A DNA stretch of 64,000 nt from a bacterium (GCA_963693055.1 OY843751.1:3904001-3968000), one strand, 5' to 3'. Counted from the stretch's first letter, positions 1 through 10,638 are shown. Notes: a model not told the origin generated them from the letters alone. Numbers and translations: made by a program.

Positions 1-435
1 CACACCTGCAGGAGTACAGGGTAAAAAGCAATCTTCTCCCGCGGTCAAACGACCACGACTGACAGGATTCAATCCATCAACATCCTTTTCAGGAGAAATA
101 GCTTCAATAATCTTTTTGGAGTCAATTTGTTTAGGGACCGGCAATTGTACCAGAATACCATGCACTTGCGAATCGTTATTGAGTTTATCAACCAGAGCTA
201 ACAATTCTTCTTCTGTTGTTTCTTCCGGTAAAAGTATGGTTTCAGAACCGAGTCCGTGTTTTTCGCAGGCTTTTTGTTTCATACCCACATACACTTTGGA
301 TGCCGGATCTTCTCCAACCAGAACAACAGTCAGGTGCGGTGTACATCCATCAGCCTTTAACTTGGCTACATCATCCGCAATTTCCTGGTAAATAGCTTCT
401 GCTGTTAATTTTCCATCAATAATTCTTGCGCTCAC
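1..435 (-). CDS. folD: Bifunctional methylenetetrahydrofolate dehydrogenase/cyclohydrolase, 5' part (runs off window)
   Basis: Manual translation from GTG at 435: MSARIIDGKLTAEAIYQEI...VLVGEDPASKVYVGMKQKAC, later GILVQLP and KDVDG; GGGAG RBS upstream. Not in the ORF track. Confidence 0.93.
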   Translation of the reverse strand, partial: MSARIIDGKLTAEAIYQEIADDVAKLKADGCTPHLTVVLVGEDPASKVYVGMKQKACEKHGLGSETILLPEETTEEELLALVDKLNNDSQVHGILVQLPVPKQIDSKKIIEAISPEKDVDGLNPVSRGRLTAGEDCFLPCTPAGV

Positions 436-448
436 AATGCAACTCCCT

Positions 449-1243
449 CTATGGCAGGTTAATACGTTGAATACCGGTAGCCCGGCCGGTTTGAATATCT
501 ATATCAACAACCACTGCGTTTAAACGAATGTTTGTACTTGCAAGTTGGTATTTCTCAGGTAATTGGGTTACAAATCTTTTAATGGCAACATGGGTTTCCA
601 ATCCAATTACCGAATCAAAAGGACCCGTCATGCCCACATCCGTGATATAAGCAGTACCTTTGTGCAGTAACCGCTCATCAGCAGTCTGCACATGTGTATG
701 GGTTCCTACAACTGCACTGACTTTACCATCCAGATACCAGCCCAAGGCCAGCTTTTCTGCTGAAGCTTCAGCATGAAAATCAACAAATATGATTTTTGTC
801 TGCTGTCTCAGCATCTCGGCTTCTTCCAGCCCAACTTTGAACGGGCAATCAATAGGATTCATAAACGTACGTCCCTGAAGATTGATTACACCTACATTAA
901 CACCAGACGGGTGATTAAATAAAAGCGAGCCCTTTCCGGGTGCTTCGGATGGAAAATTCATTGGGCGTAAAACCCGTGTAGCAGTATCGAGATAGGAACG
1001 AAAATCAGCAATATTCCAGCTGTGATTACCGCCGGTGACAACATCAATGCCAGCGCTAAAATATTTGCGGACCACCTGTTCTGTCAATCCCCTGCCATTG
1101 TAGCCATTTTCACCATTTGCAATGGTCATGTCAACATGATATTGCTTGATGAGGTTTGGCAGCAAGGCAGAAATGATTGTCAGACCAGGTTTACCAACAA
1201 TATCCGCTATAAATAAAATTGTAAATTTCTTTTTATCAGACAC
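449..1243 (-). CDS. ymdB: YmdB/TIGR00282-family metallophosphoesterase
   Basis: DIVG, NGEN, GNH, DFHAEA, GTHTHVQTAD, DVGMTG motifs; directly downstream of rny. Confidence 0.92.
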   Translation of the reverse strand: MSDKKKFTILFIADIVGKPGLTIISALLPNLIKQYHVDMTIANGENGYNGRGLTEQVVRKYFSAGIDVVTGGNHSWNIADFRSYLDTATRVLRPMNFPSEAPGKGSLLFNHPSGVNVGVINLQGRTFMNPIDCPFKVGLEEAEMLRQQTKIIFVDFHAEASAEKLALGWYLDGKVSAVVGTHTHVQTADERLLHKGTAYITDVGMTGPFDSVIGLETHVAIKRFVTQLPEKYQLASTNIRLNAVVVDIDIQTGRATGIQRINLP

Positions 1244-1267
1244 CTGAATCCAAACTTTGTTCGGGTT

Positions 1268-2833
1268 CTATTTTGCGTATTCTATAGCACGGTACTCACG
1301 AATAACCGTAACTTTGATTTGTCCAGGATATTCCATTTCCTGTTGGATCTTTTCTGCAATATCTGCAGACAATTGCTCGCACATATCATCACCAATCTTT
1401 TCGTGTTCAACAATAACACGAATTTCACGTCCGGCTTGAATTGCATAAGACTTTTCAACGCCAGGGAAAGAATTGGCAACAGATTCGAGCTTGTCGAGAC
1501 GTTTAATATAAGACTCGAGAGTTTCACGACGTGCACCAGGACGAGATCCGCTGATTGCATCAGCAGCTTGCACCAGTACCGAAATAGGATGGGTCGGCTC
1601 AACATCTTCATGATGAGACGCAATGGCATTCAGTACTATGGGGCCTTCGCCGCATTTTTTTGCAACCTCAACACCAATCTGGGTATGGGTACCCTCGGTG
1701 TAACGGTCAATGGCTTTACCAATATCATGCATCAGACCGGCCCGTTTGGCAAGTTCACCATCGAATCCCAGGCTTGACGCCAAAAGACCGGTAACATAGG
1801 CAACTTCAATAGAGTGCTGTAATACATTTTGACCATAACTGGTACGATATTTCAATTTACCCAGTAAACGGACAATCTCGTTGTGAACACCGGTAATACC
1901 GGTTTCAAATACAGCAGATTCACCGATCTCCATGAGCTTTTCTTCCATTTCATCGTGGACTTTTTTCACCACCTCTTCAATGCGAGCCGGGTGAATACGT
2001 CCATCCTGAACCAGACGTTCAAGAGCTACACGAGCGACTTCACGACGGAACGGATCAAAACCGGACAATACTACCGCTTCCGGGGTATCATCCACAATAA
2101 CCTCAACACCCGTTGCGGTTTCAAATGACCGAATATTACGACCTTCACGTCCAATGATACGACCTTTCATATCATCACCAGGCAGGTTTACAACAGAAAC
2201 TGTAGTTTCTGTAGAATGATCTGCGGCAGTGCGTTGAATTGCCTGAATAATAATTTCTTTGGCCTCGCGGTTAGCCATTTGGCGGGCGTTGTCTTTGATT
2301 TCTTTGATCTCTTTGGCTGCATCTTGTTTGGCCTTGTCGACCAGGTTCTGCATCAGGATCTTTTTAGCTTCTTCGTTTGAAATACCACTGATTGATTCCA
2401 GCTTTTTATTCTGTTCTTCAATCAGTTGTTCAAGATCGCCTTCAAGTTTTTGACATTTTTCTTCACGAACTTTGATCCGTTTATCTTGTTCAGTCACAGA
2501 CCGTTCTTTTTGATTCAAAAGGTCATTACGACGATCTAAATTCAGTTCACGTTGATTACATTTGTTTTCAAGCTTGGAAATTTCGCTGCGTTTGGATTTG
2601 GTTTCGTTTTCAAGTGTTTGCTTTAAACGGTGCCATTCTTCCTTTGCTTCGAGTACTTTTTCACGCTTGATATTGCTTGCTTCTTTTTGAGCATCATTAA
2701 CTATTTTTTCTGCCATCTTTTCGGCTTTGGCAACTTTGGATTTACCAATATATTTGGAAACAATCCAGCCACCGATAAAGGCAATGATAGCAGTCAACGC
2801 TGCCACCAATATTGTAACTATCCAATTCTCCAT
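1268..2833 (-). CDS. rny: Ribonuclease Y
   Basis: N-terminal TM helix, coiled coil, KH domain (KGRIIGREGRNIR), HD domain (HDIGK), ADAISGSRPGAR. Confidence 0.97.
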   Translation of the reverse strand: MENWIVTILVAALTAIIAFIGGWIVSKYIGKSKVAKAEKMAEKIVNDAQKEASNIKREKVLEAKEEWHRLKQTLENETKSKRSEISKLENKCNQRELNLDRRNDLLNQKERSVTEQDKRIKVREEKCQKLEGDLEQLIEEQNKKLESISGISNEEAKKILMQNLVDKAKQDAAKEIKEIKDNARQMANREAKEIIIQAIQRTAADHSTETTVSVVNLPGDDMKGRIIGREGRNIRSFETATGVEVIVDDTPEAVVLSGFDPFRREVARVALERLVQDGRIHPARIEEVVKKVHDEMEEKLMEIGESAVFETGITGVHNEIVRLLGKLKYRTSYGQNVLQHSIEVAYVTGLLASSLGFDGELAKRAGLMHDIGKAIDRYTEGTHTQIGVEVAKKCGEGPIVLNAIASHHEDVEPTHPISVLVQAADAISGSRPGARRETLESYIKRLDKLESVANSFPGVEKSYAIQAGREIRVIVEHEKIGDDMCEQLSADIAEKIQQEMEYPGQIKVTVIREYRAIEYAK

Positions 2834-2853
2834 GGCCCCTCCGAAATAAAAAA

Positions 2854-2962
2854 GCCCAGTATTTGCATATTAATCTGACTCATTCGTTAATTTTCCAAGT
2901 GTAAAACAGGCAGGAATGTAAATAAATACAGGAAACAGGTGTCAGACTCTCGCAATCTGGGT
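2854..2962 (-). ncRNA. Candidate 6S-like structured RNA (boundaries uncertain)
   Basis: Minus strand folds into an interrupted rod (CCCAG..TTGC/GCAA..CTGGG; GTCTGAC/GTCAGAT; TTTCC/GGAAA) followed by a U-run; lies just downstream of zapA, a common 6S position; shorter than typical 6S. Confidence 0.4.
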
Positions 2963-2993
2963 CTCACAAACAGTATTGGATGGTTACTTTTTT

Positions 2994-3344
2994 TTACTCC
3001 AATATATTTTTATCAGACTCAAACTTTGTTAATTGATCATCATCCTCCAGGGATTTTTGGATACCAAGTTCCAATTTGTTGGTTATTTGATCAATACGAT
3101 CTGTATAATTTTTCATTTGTTCGCCATCAGAATTCAATGCCTGATGTAACTCATCAGCGATATTTAAACAAGCCAATATTGCTATTTGGTGCATGGGGCG
3201 TTCGGGCTTGGCTGATTGAATTTCTCTCATTTTTCTGTCAACAAAGCTTGCTACCTTTTGAATGTATTCAACATCTTCATTAACCTTTAATGGATATTCA
3301 ACATCCATTATTTTCACTTTGAGTATATTTTGATCAACATTCAT
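2994..3344 (-). CDS. zapA: Cell division protein ZapA
   Basis: VKIMDVEYPL..YIQKVASFVDRKM..AILACLNIADEL pattern; between pheT and rny. Confidence 0.88.
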   Translation of the reverse strand: MNVDQNILKVKIMDVEYPLKVNEDVEYIQKVASFVDRKMREIQSAKPERPMHQIAILACLNIADELHQALNSDGEQMKNYTDRIDQITNKLELGIQKSLEDDDQLTKFESDKNILE

Positions 3345-3412
3345 AAGATTTACATTGACATAAACATCAGACTGTATGGTCTGAATTCATTATTTTAATA
3401 GGATACAATGAA

Positions 3413-3706
3413 TTAATCTACGAGTTTCAACTCTTCCAATTTCGTCAACATGCTTTTTATTCGTTGACGTAACTGCTCTTCCTTTTCCTGATACTTTAAT
3501 ACTTCCGAGCCTTTTGAATTTTTTTTTAGCTCCTCAATAGTTTTTTGTAATCCTTCCATAAACAACTCTTGCTCTGCCAGACGGGTTCTGAGTTGTTTAT
3601 TCTCCTTTCCTAATATCCGATTTTTCTTTGTCAAGTAGGCAATCTGCTTTATTGCCTCAAAAACTTTGGCTTCCAGGTTATTAATTTTTTGATCAAATGC
3701 TGTCAT
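3413..3706 (-). CDS. Coiled-coil protein, ZapB-like
   Basis: Fully heptad-patterned 97 aa protein from ATG 3706; located between pheT and zapA. Confidence 0.6.
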   Translation of the reverse strand: MTAFDQKINNLEAKVFEAIKQIAYLTKKNRILGKENKQLRTRLAEQELFMEGLQKTIEELKKNSKGSEVLKYQEKEEQLRQRIKSMLTKLEELKLVD

Positions 3707-3710
3707 TGAA

Positions 3711-6110
3711 TTATCCTGGACGAAGTTCAGCACCAAACAATGTTTTTAAATGCTTTAGCACTCCTTGCACGGCGCGGTCTACTTCTTCATCATCCAATGT
3801 ACGTTCTTTTGATGAAAAGGTCAATGAAAAAGCAACACTTTTTTTACCTTGCTGTATTTGCTCACCTTTATAAAAATCAAAGAGATGTACATTGTTTATA
3901 TAGGGTCCTGCCGACTTCCAAATTTCATCCAAAACATTTTGGATGGGTATATTCACGTCAATCAACAAAGCCACATCAAATGGAGATGATGGAAATTTGG
4001 ATACGGGCACAAACTCTTTAAGGGTAGTTCTGTTTTCATATATTGTTTTAAAATCGAGACAGAATGCAAAAACATCCTGAACTTTGATTTTAAACAATGA
4101 ACTTATTTTCTTATCGATTTTACCAAACTCACCTACCTCTTTACCATCAACAAGTACTAGTGCACTGTGAGCGTCCCAGTAGGAGGATTTGGCTGGTTTG
4201 AGTTCGTAATTTTCAATACCACATTTATTTAAAAATGCGGTAACTACTCCCTTTATATCATAAAAATCGAATGCTTCCTCTTTACCATACCAGGTATTTT
4301 CTGTTTTTTTACCGGCAAGTATACCACAAACCTCAACCCATTCACGATATTCGTCTTTACCAGGTACTTTATAGGCTGCATTACCGATCTCATAAAATCT
4401 GAGGTTAGGTATTTGACGATTTCTGTTATAGGCAACATTTGTTAACAGCGATATCAAAACAGAAGAACGAAAAACTGCCATGTCTGTGCTCATGGGATTC
4501 ATTAGAGCAACAATTTTTGTTTCCGCTGGTAAAAAAGGATTTGCGTGACGTTCTGAAACCAAAGAAAAGGATACATTTTCCATAAATCCAAATCCGGTCA
4601 AATATTCACGCATTTTATCTCTAAATGCCACCTGCGGATTAGCTTCCTGGTTCTGGTCAATCTGCGGTGCCATATTGAAATCAATATTATTGTAACCGTA
4701 CAAGCGGGCAACTTCTTCCGAAATGTCTACAGGTTTCAACAAATCCGGACGAAAAGTTGGCGCTTTGATTGTAAAGGTTTCATCAGTCTGCGAAAGTACC
4801 TGCATTTCCAAAGGCTTTAACAGATCGCACATTTCACTGGTGGTTAAACGAGTTCCAAGTAAATTATTAACCCGTTCAGTCTTGACTGCAATTTCAACAG
4901 GATCAATTTCTCTTGCAACATTATTAATAAATGATTCAACAACCTGTCCTTCTGCCAGTTCTTCCATAAGCTGGGCCGCACGGTCCATAGCATACACCTG
5001 TCCATTAGGATCAGAACCACGCTCAAAACGACGAGAAGATTCTGTCATTAATCCCAATTTTGTTGATGTTTTGCGTACGGTAACCGGCTCAAAGTATGCG
5101 CTTTCCAGAAAAACGGTGGTTGTATCATTTTCAACTTCAGAATTTAATCCGCCCATTACACCCGCAAGCGCAACAGGTTTTTCACCGTCACAAATCAACA
5201 GATCATTACTGTCAAGTTTGTGTTCCTGGTTGTCCAAAGTTGTAAATGGTTCACCTTCTTTTGCATCTCTAACAACTATAGTATTACCCGCAAGGGTTTT
5301 GTAATCAAACGCATGTAGAGGTTGGCCGGTTTCCATCATAACATAGTTGGTAATATCAACAACATTATTAATGGCACGCACACCAACAGCATGCAGACGA
5401 GAAACAAGCCAGTCTGGTGATGGTTTGATAACAATATTTTTAATCATTCTACCGGCATAACGCGCACATTTATCCGCATTTTGGATATCCACACGCATTT
5501 CAGCATTTATATCATCATCTATAGTATTGTTGAATTTTATTTCAGGTTTACGTAAAGGCATGCCGGTAATAGCAGAAATTTCTCTTGCAATACCAATGAC
5601 ACTGAGACAATCAGGACGATTGGATGTAATAGCAATATCAATAACGGTATCAGGTTCTCCCATAAGAGCCTGCATATCTGCACCAACCTGTGTATCTGCA
5701 GGCAGTTCCATAAGGCCATCAGCACGTTCAGAAAGCCCCAGCTCCATTTCAGAACAAAGCATACCGTTAGAAAGGATTCCACGCACTTTACGCGCAGTAA
5801 TCTTGAAATCATTTCCCAGAACAGCACCCACCTGCGCAAAAGGAACAATCATTCCTTCGCTCACATTGGGAGCACCACAAACGACCTCTAACTGCTCACT
5901 ACCGTTATCCACAATGCAAAGGTTCAGCTTGTCGGCATCCGGATGTTTCTCAACAGAAAGCACTTTACCCGCAACCACATTGGAAAATTCGCGGGACTCT
6001 TTATATATAGATTCAACCTCAAGACCGGCCATAGTGATCTTTTCAGCCAGTTCTTCAGGTGAGAGTTGAATATCGACGTAATCTTTTAACCAGTTGAGTG
6101 TAACTTTCAA
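3711..6110 (-). CDS. pheT: Phenylalanine-tRNA ligase beta subunit
   Basis: HPDADKL, VVCGAPN, NRPDCLS, RFERG, C-terminal GKKSVAF anticodon-binding domain. Confidence 0.97.
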   Translation of the reverse strand: MKVTLNWLKDYVDIQLSPEELAEKITMAGLEVESIYKESREFSNVVAGKVLSVEKHPDADKLNLCIVDNGSEQLEVVCGAPNVSEGMIVPFAQVGAVLGNDFKITARKVRGILSNGMLCSEMELGLSERADGLMELPADTQVGADMQALMGEPDTVIDIAITSNRPDCLSVIGIAREISAITGMPLRKPEIKFNNTIDDDINAEMRVDIQNADKCARYAGRMIKNIVIKPSPDWLVSRLHAVGVRAINNVVDITNYVMMETGQPLHAFDYKTLAGNTIVVRDAKEGEPFTTLDNQEHKLDSNDLLICDGEKPVALAGVMGGLNSEVENDTTTVFLESAYFEPVTVRKTSTKLGLMTESSRRFERGSDPNGQVYAMDRAAQLMEELAEGQVVESFINNVAREIDPVEIAVKTERVNNLLGTRLTTSEMCDLLKPLEMQVLSQTDETFTIKAPTFRPDLLKPVDISEEVARLYGYNNIDFNMAPQIDQNQEANPQVAFRDKMREYLTGFGFMENVSFSLVSERHANPFLPAETKIVALMNPMSTDMAVFRSSVLISLLTNVAYNRNRQIPNLRFYEIGNAAYKVPGKDEYREWVEVCGILAGKKTENTWYGKEEAFDFYDIKGVVTAFLNKCGIENYELKPAKSSYWDAHSALVLVDGKEVGEFGKIDKKISSLFKIKVQDVFAFCLDFKTIYENRTTLKEFVPVSKFPSSPFDVALLIDVNIPIQNVLDEIWKSAGPYINNVHLFDFYKGEQIQQGKKSVAFSLTFSSKERTLDDEEVDRAVQGVLKHLKTLFGAELRPG

Positions 6111-6131
6111 TGTATTGTTCCAGGAATTATA

Positions 6132-7160
6132 TTAATACTGTTCTAAAAATCGTTTATCATTTTCAAAAAACAAACGGATATCATTAACCTGGTATTTCAG
6201 CATGGCAATACGTTCAATACCCATACCAAAAGCATACCCGGTATAAATTTCAGGGTCATAATCCACAAAACCAAAAACAGCGGGATTCACCATTCCCGCG
6301 CCTGAAATCTCAATCCATCCGGTATTTTTACAGACACGGCATCCCTTTTGTTTACAAAACGGACAAGAGAAATCATATTCGGCACTGGGCTCTGTAAATG
6401 GGAAATAACTTGCCCTGAAACGCACCTTGGCGTCTTTACCGAATAATTTCTGCGCAAATGCCTGAACCACACCCCGTAAATCAGCAAAAGATACACCTTT
6501 ATCCACACATAATCCCTCAACCTGATGAAAGATTGGGGTATGCGTAGCGTCTGGAGTATCTTTACGAAAACATTTACCGGGAGCAATCATGCGTACCGGT
6601 GGTTTTTGTTGCTCCATCGTATGGATCTGTACAGGTGAAGTATGAGTCCGCAACAAATGTTTTTCAGTGAGATAAAATGTATCGTGCATGTCCCTTGAGG
6701 GGTGGTGAGGCGGAATATTTAACGCCTCGAAATTATGAAAATCGGATTCAATTTCCAAACCCTCTTCAATCCGAAAACCCATTTGTGCAAATATACCTTT
6801 AATCTCATCCATGATTTGATACAATGGATGATAATGACCCACAACTGGTTCTTTGCCCGGTAAAGAGGGATCAAAACCATCAACAGCACCCTGTGACTCT
6901 TGAAAAGAGGCCATCTTGTCATCAATACCCTTTTGCACAAGTATCTTGAGAGTATTCAGTTCAGCACCGGCTTTGGGACGATCAGCAGGATCAATTTTCC
7001 CGAGAATGGGAAACAATTGCTGTACCGATCCCTTGCGGCTGGTATATTTTAACTTGACCTGTTCAGTATCTTTGATGGAGGAGGCCTTTTCAATATCGGC
7101 CACGAATTCGTTACGAATTCGTTCTATCTGTTCAAGTAAACTTGATAATTGTTCCGCCAT
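6132..7160 (-). CDS. pheS: Phenylalanine-tRNA ligase alpha subunit
   Basis: HPSRDMHDTFY, LRTHTSPVQ, FHQVEG, YFPFTEPS, GYAFGMGIER. Confidence 0.97.
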   Translation of the reverse strand: MAEQLSSLLEQIERIRNEFVADIEKASSIKDTEQVKLKYTSRKGSVQQLFPILGKIDPADRPKAGAELNTLKILVQKGIDDKMASFQESQGAVDGFDPSLPGKEPVVGHYHPLYQIMDEIKGIFAQMGFRIEEGLEIESDFHNFEALNIPPHHPSRDMHDTFYLTEKHLLRTHTSPVQIHTMEQQKPPVRMIAPGKCFRKDTPDATHTPIFHQVEGLCVDKGVSFADLRGVVQAFAQKLFGKDAKVRFRASYFPFTEPSAEYDFSCPFCKQKGCRVCKNTGWIEISGAGMVNPAVFGFVDYDPEIYTGYAFGMGIERIAMLKYQVNDIRLFFENDKRFLEQY

Positions 7161-7172
7161 CCGTATCCGAAT

Positions 7173-7520
7173 CTATGCTTTAATTGATGTTACAATTTCT
7201 TCAAATGCTTTGCTATCATTCACTGCAAGATCAGCCAATACTTTACGATCAATCTGAATGTCTTTTTCATTCAACAGATGAATAAAAGTAGAGTAATTCA
7301 AATCATAAGGTCTTACGGCTGCATTAATTCTTGCAATCCATAAACGACGAAATTCGCGTTTCTTTGCTTTTCTATCACGATATGCATATTGCAGCCCTTT
7401 TTCAACCTGCTCTTTTGCAGATTTGAAAAGACGATGTTTACCACCATAATAACCTCTGGCTGCTTTTAATACTTTATTCCGACGGTGCTTTGTAGGGACC
7501 GACGAAGATGATCTAGGCAT
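7173..7520 (-). CDS. rplT: 50S ribosomal protein L20
   Basis: [33 protein letters not shown]. Confidence 0.97.
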   Translation of the reverse strand: MPRSSSSVPTKHRRNKVLKAARGYYGGKHRLFKSAKEQVEKGLQYAYRDRKAKKREFRRLWIARINAAVRPYDLNYSTFIHLLNEKDIQIDRKVLADLAVNDSKAFEEIVTSIKA

Positions 7521-7542
7521 AACTCCTCCGTATTACTGGGTC

Positions 7543-7737
7543 TTATTTAGAGATCAATAATTTTACTCTTTTAGCATCGCTCTCGGCGACGAGTCCGTTT
7601 TTCCTCAAGTTCCGTTTACGTTTGGTAGACTTTTTGGTCAAAATATGGCTTTTATACGCTTTTGAACGACGTACTTTACCAGTACCTGTAAGTCTAAAAC
7701 GTTTACTGGATGCTCTGTTACTTTTCATTTTTGGCAT
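7543..7737 (-). CDS. rpmI: 50S ribosomal protein L35
   Basis: [23 protein letters not shown]. Confidence 0.96.
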   Translation of the reverse strand: MPKMKSNRASSKRFRLTGTGKVRRSKAYKSHILTKKSTKRKRNLRKNGLVAESDAKRVKLLISK

Positions 7738-7748
7738 GAAAGCACCTC

Positions 7749-8258
7749 TTATTTCTTTGTAAAAAACATGATCAATTGCCCGCCTTCCAGACGTGCATCT
7801 TTTTCAATTTTTGCAATATCTTCAAGCGCCTTTGTAAAACGATCCAATACGCGTTCTCCATATTCACGATGGGCATTTTCACGTCCACGAAAGAAAACGG
7901 TAGCCTTTACACGGTGCCCTGCTTCAAGAAATTTGCGGGCATGGCGCAATTTAAATTCAAAGTCGTGTTCTTCAATTTTCGGTCGCAGTCGAATTTCTTT
8001 TGTAACGACAACATGCTGTTTCTTTTTGGTTTCCTTTTCTTTTTTGGCCATTTCATATTTGTATTTGCCAAAATCCATAATTTTGCAAACCGGGGGTTTT
8101 GCATTTGGAGAAACCTCTACCAAATCGAGACCAACTGATTCCGCTCTTTGCAACGCTTCTTGCTTTGTAATAACACCAACCTGTTCACCATCAGCACTGA
8201 TTACGCGAACAGAGGGCGCTTCAATCTGATCATTAATGCTGATTTGTTTTTTCTTAAT
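7749..8258 (-). CDS. infC: Translation initiation factor IF-3, probable AUU start
   Basis: [33 protein letters not shown]; AGGAGG lies 6 nt before an in-frame ATT at 8258. Confidence 0.95.
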   Translation of the reverse strand: MKKKQISINDQIEAPSVRVISADGEQVGVITKQEALQRAESVGLDLVEVSPNAKPPVCKIMDFGKYKYEMAKKEKETKKKQHVVVTKEIRLRPKIEEHDFEFKLRHARKFLEAGHRVKATVFFRGRENAHREYGERVLDRFTKALEDIAKIEKDARLEGGQLIMFFTKK

Positions 8259-8284
8259 GACCAACCTCCTTAAAAGGATTCGAC

Positions 8285-10192
8285 TTATAATTTATTTTCA
8301 ATGTCCTGCAAAACAGTTTCAATAAACGCTTCCAATTTGACAGAACCCTGATCACCTTCTCTGCGTTTCCGAACAGAAACAGATCCGGACTCTATCTCTT
8401 TATCGCCCACAATGAGCATATAAGGGATCTTTTGTGTTTCACCTTCCCTTATCTTATAACCCACTTTTTCGCTGCGATCATCCAATTTTGAACGAATTCC
8501 AGCATCTACAAGCTTGTCATGGACTAATTTTGCATAATCAAACTGCTTGTCAGTAATAGGAATAACATGAACCTGCATAGGTGACATCCAAACCGGAAAA
8601 GCACCTGCATAATTTTCAATCATCACACCAAAAAAGCGCTCAAGAGAACCCAAAAGCGCGCGATGCAACATAATAGGCTGATGTTTATCACCATCCTGCC
8701 CTACATATGTAATATCAAAACGTTCAGGTTCATTAAAATCAACCTGAATAGTGGAACACTGCCAAGAGCGTCCCAACACATCTTTTATTTTAATATCTAT
8801 CTTGGGTCCGTAAAACACACCTTCACCCGGATCAACCTGATATTCTACGTTTGCTTTTTCAAGTCCCGCTTTTAAAGACTCGGTAGCACGGTCCCAGTTA
8901 TCCAGGGTACCTACATATTTTTCAGGACGGGTAGACAGGTAAATATCTACATCATCAAAACCAAAGGAACGCAGCATATACAAAGAGAAATCCAGTGTAC
9001 GTGCTACTTCAGATTCCAATTGATCAGGACGACAAATAATATGCGCATCATCTTGAGTAAAACCACGAACCCTCAACAGTCCATGCAATACTCCGGAGCG
9101 CTCATAACGATAAACCGTTCCCAATTCAGCCCAACGAATGGGCAAATCTCTATAACTTTTTGAACCGGCTTTGTAAATCTGCAAATGATATGGGCAATTC
9201 ATGGGCTTTACTAAATACTGCTGCTCATCTACATCCATACCGGTAAACATATTTTCACTGTAAAAATCAAGGTGACCGCTTTTATGCCAGAGATCATTTC
9301 TGGCGATATGCGGAGTCACTACAAACTCATAACCAGCCTTGATATGTTCTTTGCGCCAAAAATCTTCAATCTGATAACGAATAAAAGCACCTTTGGGATG
9401 CCAAAGCACGAGTCCGGGTCCAATTTCATCATTTATACTGTAAAGATCAAGCTCGCGACCCAACTTGCGATGATCACGCTTCTTGGCCTCTTCCATTCTG
9501 TAAACATAATCCTCAAGCTGCGATTTTTTAGGAAATGAAACACCATAAATACGCTGCAACATGGGATTTTTCTCATCACCCAACCAGTAAGCTCCTGCAA
9601 CACTGGTCAGTTTAAAATACTTTACCCAGCCGGTGGACGGCAAATGCGGACCACGACAAAGATCCGTAAACCCATCTTCACTGTAAATACTGGGTGGCTC
9701 ACCAAGTCGCTCTATCTGTTCAACCTTGAAGGTTTCATTCAAATCTTTGAACAACTTTAATGCATCATCAACCGACATTTCATTACGAACAAAGGGTTGA
9801 TTCTTTGCAACAATTGCCTGCATTTCTTTTTCAATGACTTCAAGATCATCAGGCGTAATAGGACGTTCAACATCCACATCATAGTAAAAGCCTTCGTCCA
9901 CAGGCGGGCCAAAGGCAAATTTAGCATTAGGAAAAATATTTTTAATAGCGTGCGCCATTACATGAGCACTGCTGTGCCAAAACACATCCATACCTTCGGG
10001 TGAATTGACATCAATAAACAGCAAATCTCCGTCACCGGCCAATGGACGTGACAAATCAACTAACGCGTCATTAAACCGTGCGGCAATAGTTTGCTTTTTT
10101 AGACGACCGCCGAGCTCATTCAAAATATCCTGAGCAGTAGTACCCTCGGCATATTCAGCAACGCGTCCGTCTGGAAATTTTATATTTGGCAC
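8285..10192 (-). CDS. thrS: Threonine-tRNA ligase
   Basis: TGS domain, HSSAH, DLCRGPH, RDHRKLG, KPMNCP, RVRGFTQDDAH, FYGPKID. Confidence 0.97.
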   Translation of the reverse strand: MPNIKFPDGRVAEYAEGTTAQDILNELGGRLKKQTIAARFNDALVDLSRPLAGDGDLLFIDVNSPEGMDVFWHSSAHVMAHAIKNIFPNAKFAFGPPVDEGFYYDVDVERPITPDDLEVIEKEMQAIVAKNQPFVRNEMSVDDALKLFKDLNETFKVEQIERLGEPPSIYSEDGFTDLCRGPHLPSTGWVKYFKLTSVAGAYWLGDEKNPMLQRIYGVSFPKKSQLEDYVYRMEEAKKRDHRKLGRELDLYSINDEIGPGLVLWHPKGAFIRYQIEDFWRKEHIKAGYEFVVTPHIARNDLWHKSGHLDFYSENMFTGMDVDEQQYLVKPMNCPYHLQIYKAGSKSYRDLPIRWAELGTVYRYERSGVLHGLLRVRGFTQDDAHIICRPDQLESEVARTLDFSLYMLRSFGFDDVDIYLSTRPEKYVGTLDNWDRATESLKAGLEKANVEYQVDPGEGVFYGPKIDIKIKDVLGRSWQCSTIQVDFNEPERFDITYVGQDGDKHQPIMLHRALLGSLERFFGVMIENYAGAFPVWMSPMQVHVIPITDKQFDYAKLVHDKLVDAGIRSKLDDRSEKVGYKIREGETQKIPYMLIVGDKEIESGSVSVRKRREGDQGSVKLEAFIETVLQDIENKL

Positions 10193-10227
10193 GTTTTACC
10201 TTCCGTTATCGGATTACACCTGTCTAT

Positions 10228-10257
10228 AAACAAGAAACCGCCTTGTATCGGGCGGCT
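10228..10257 (-). terminator. Intrinsic terminator-like hairpin after tRNA-Val
   Basis: Minus strand AGCCGCC-loop-GGCGGTT followed by TCTTGTTT. Confidence 0.5.
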
Positions 10258-10300
10258 TAATCATCGTCAATGTTTTTCAGTTCGTCCTGCTCTTTTTGAG

Positions 10301-10374
10301 TGGGCGGTACTGGATTTGAACCAGTGACCCCTTGCATGTCAAGCAAGTACTCTAACCAACTGAGCTAACCGCCC
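10301..10374 (-). tRNA. tRNA-Val(GAC)
   Basis: GGGCGGTTAGCTCAGTTGG...CTTGACATG...GGTTCAAATCC...CCGCCCA cloverleaf; CCA not encoded. Confidence 0.95.
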
Positions 10375-10410
10375 ATAATCTGTTTGAACTGGCAAATTTA
10401 GCATGGGCTA

Positions 10411-10440
10411 TAAAAAAAGCGCACCTATCAGCTACGCTTG
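10411..10440 (-). terminator. Terminator after tRNA-Gly-Cys-Leu
   Basis: Minus strand AAGCGTA...TGCGCTTTTTTT. Confidence 0.5.
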
Positions 10441-10460
10441 CACTTTTTCAAAATTTTAAG

Positions 10461-10547
10461 TGCCGAGGGCCGGAATCGAACCGGCACGGACTATAAAGTC
10501 CGAGGGATTTTAAGTCCCTTGCGTCTACCAAATTTCGCCACCCCGGC
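10461..10547 (-). tRNA. tRNA-Leu(TAA)
   Basis: GCCGGGGTGGCGAAAT...GACTTAAAATC, long variable arm, GGTTCGATTCC. Confidence 0.95.
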
Positions 10548-10552
10548 GGGTG

Positions 10553-10625
10553 AGGCGGCGATCGGATTCGAACCGATGAATAGAGATTTTGCAGACCTCC
10601 GCCTTAGCCACTTGGCCACGCCGCC
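10553..10625 (-). tRNA. tRNA-Cys(GCA)
   Basis: GGCGGCGTGGCCAAGTGG...TCTGCAAAA...GGTTCGAATCC. Confidence 0.95.
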
Positions 10626-10638
10626 ACGCACTAACAAG

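Noticed and set aside
10193-10300. T-box or Thr leader peptide upstream of thrS
   Set aside because: Too short for a T-box, no T-box consensus, no Thr-rich leader; only a terminator-like hairpin.
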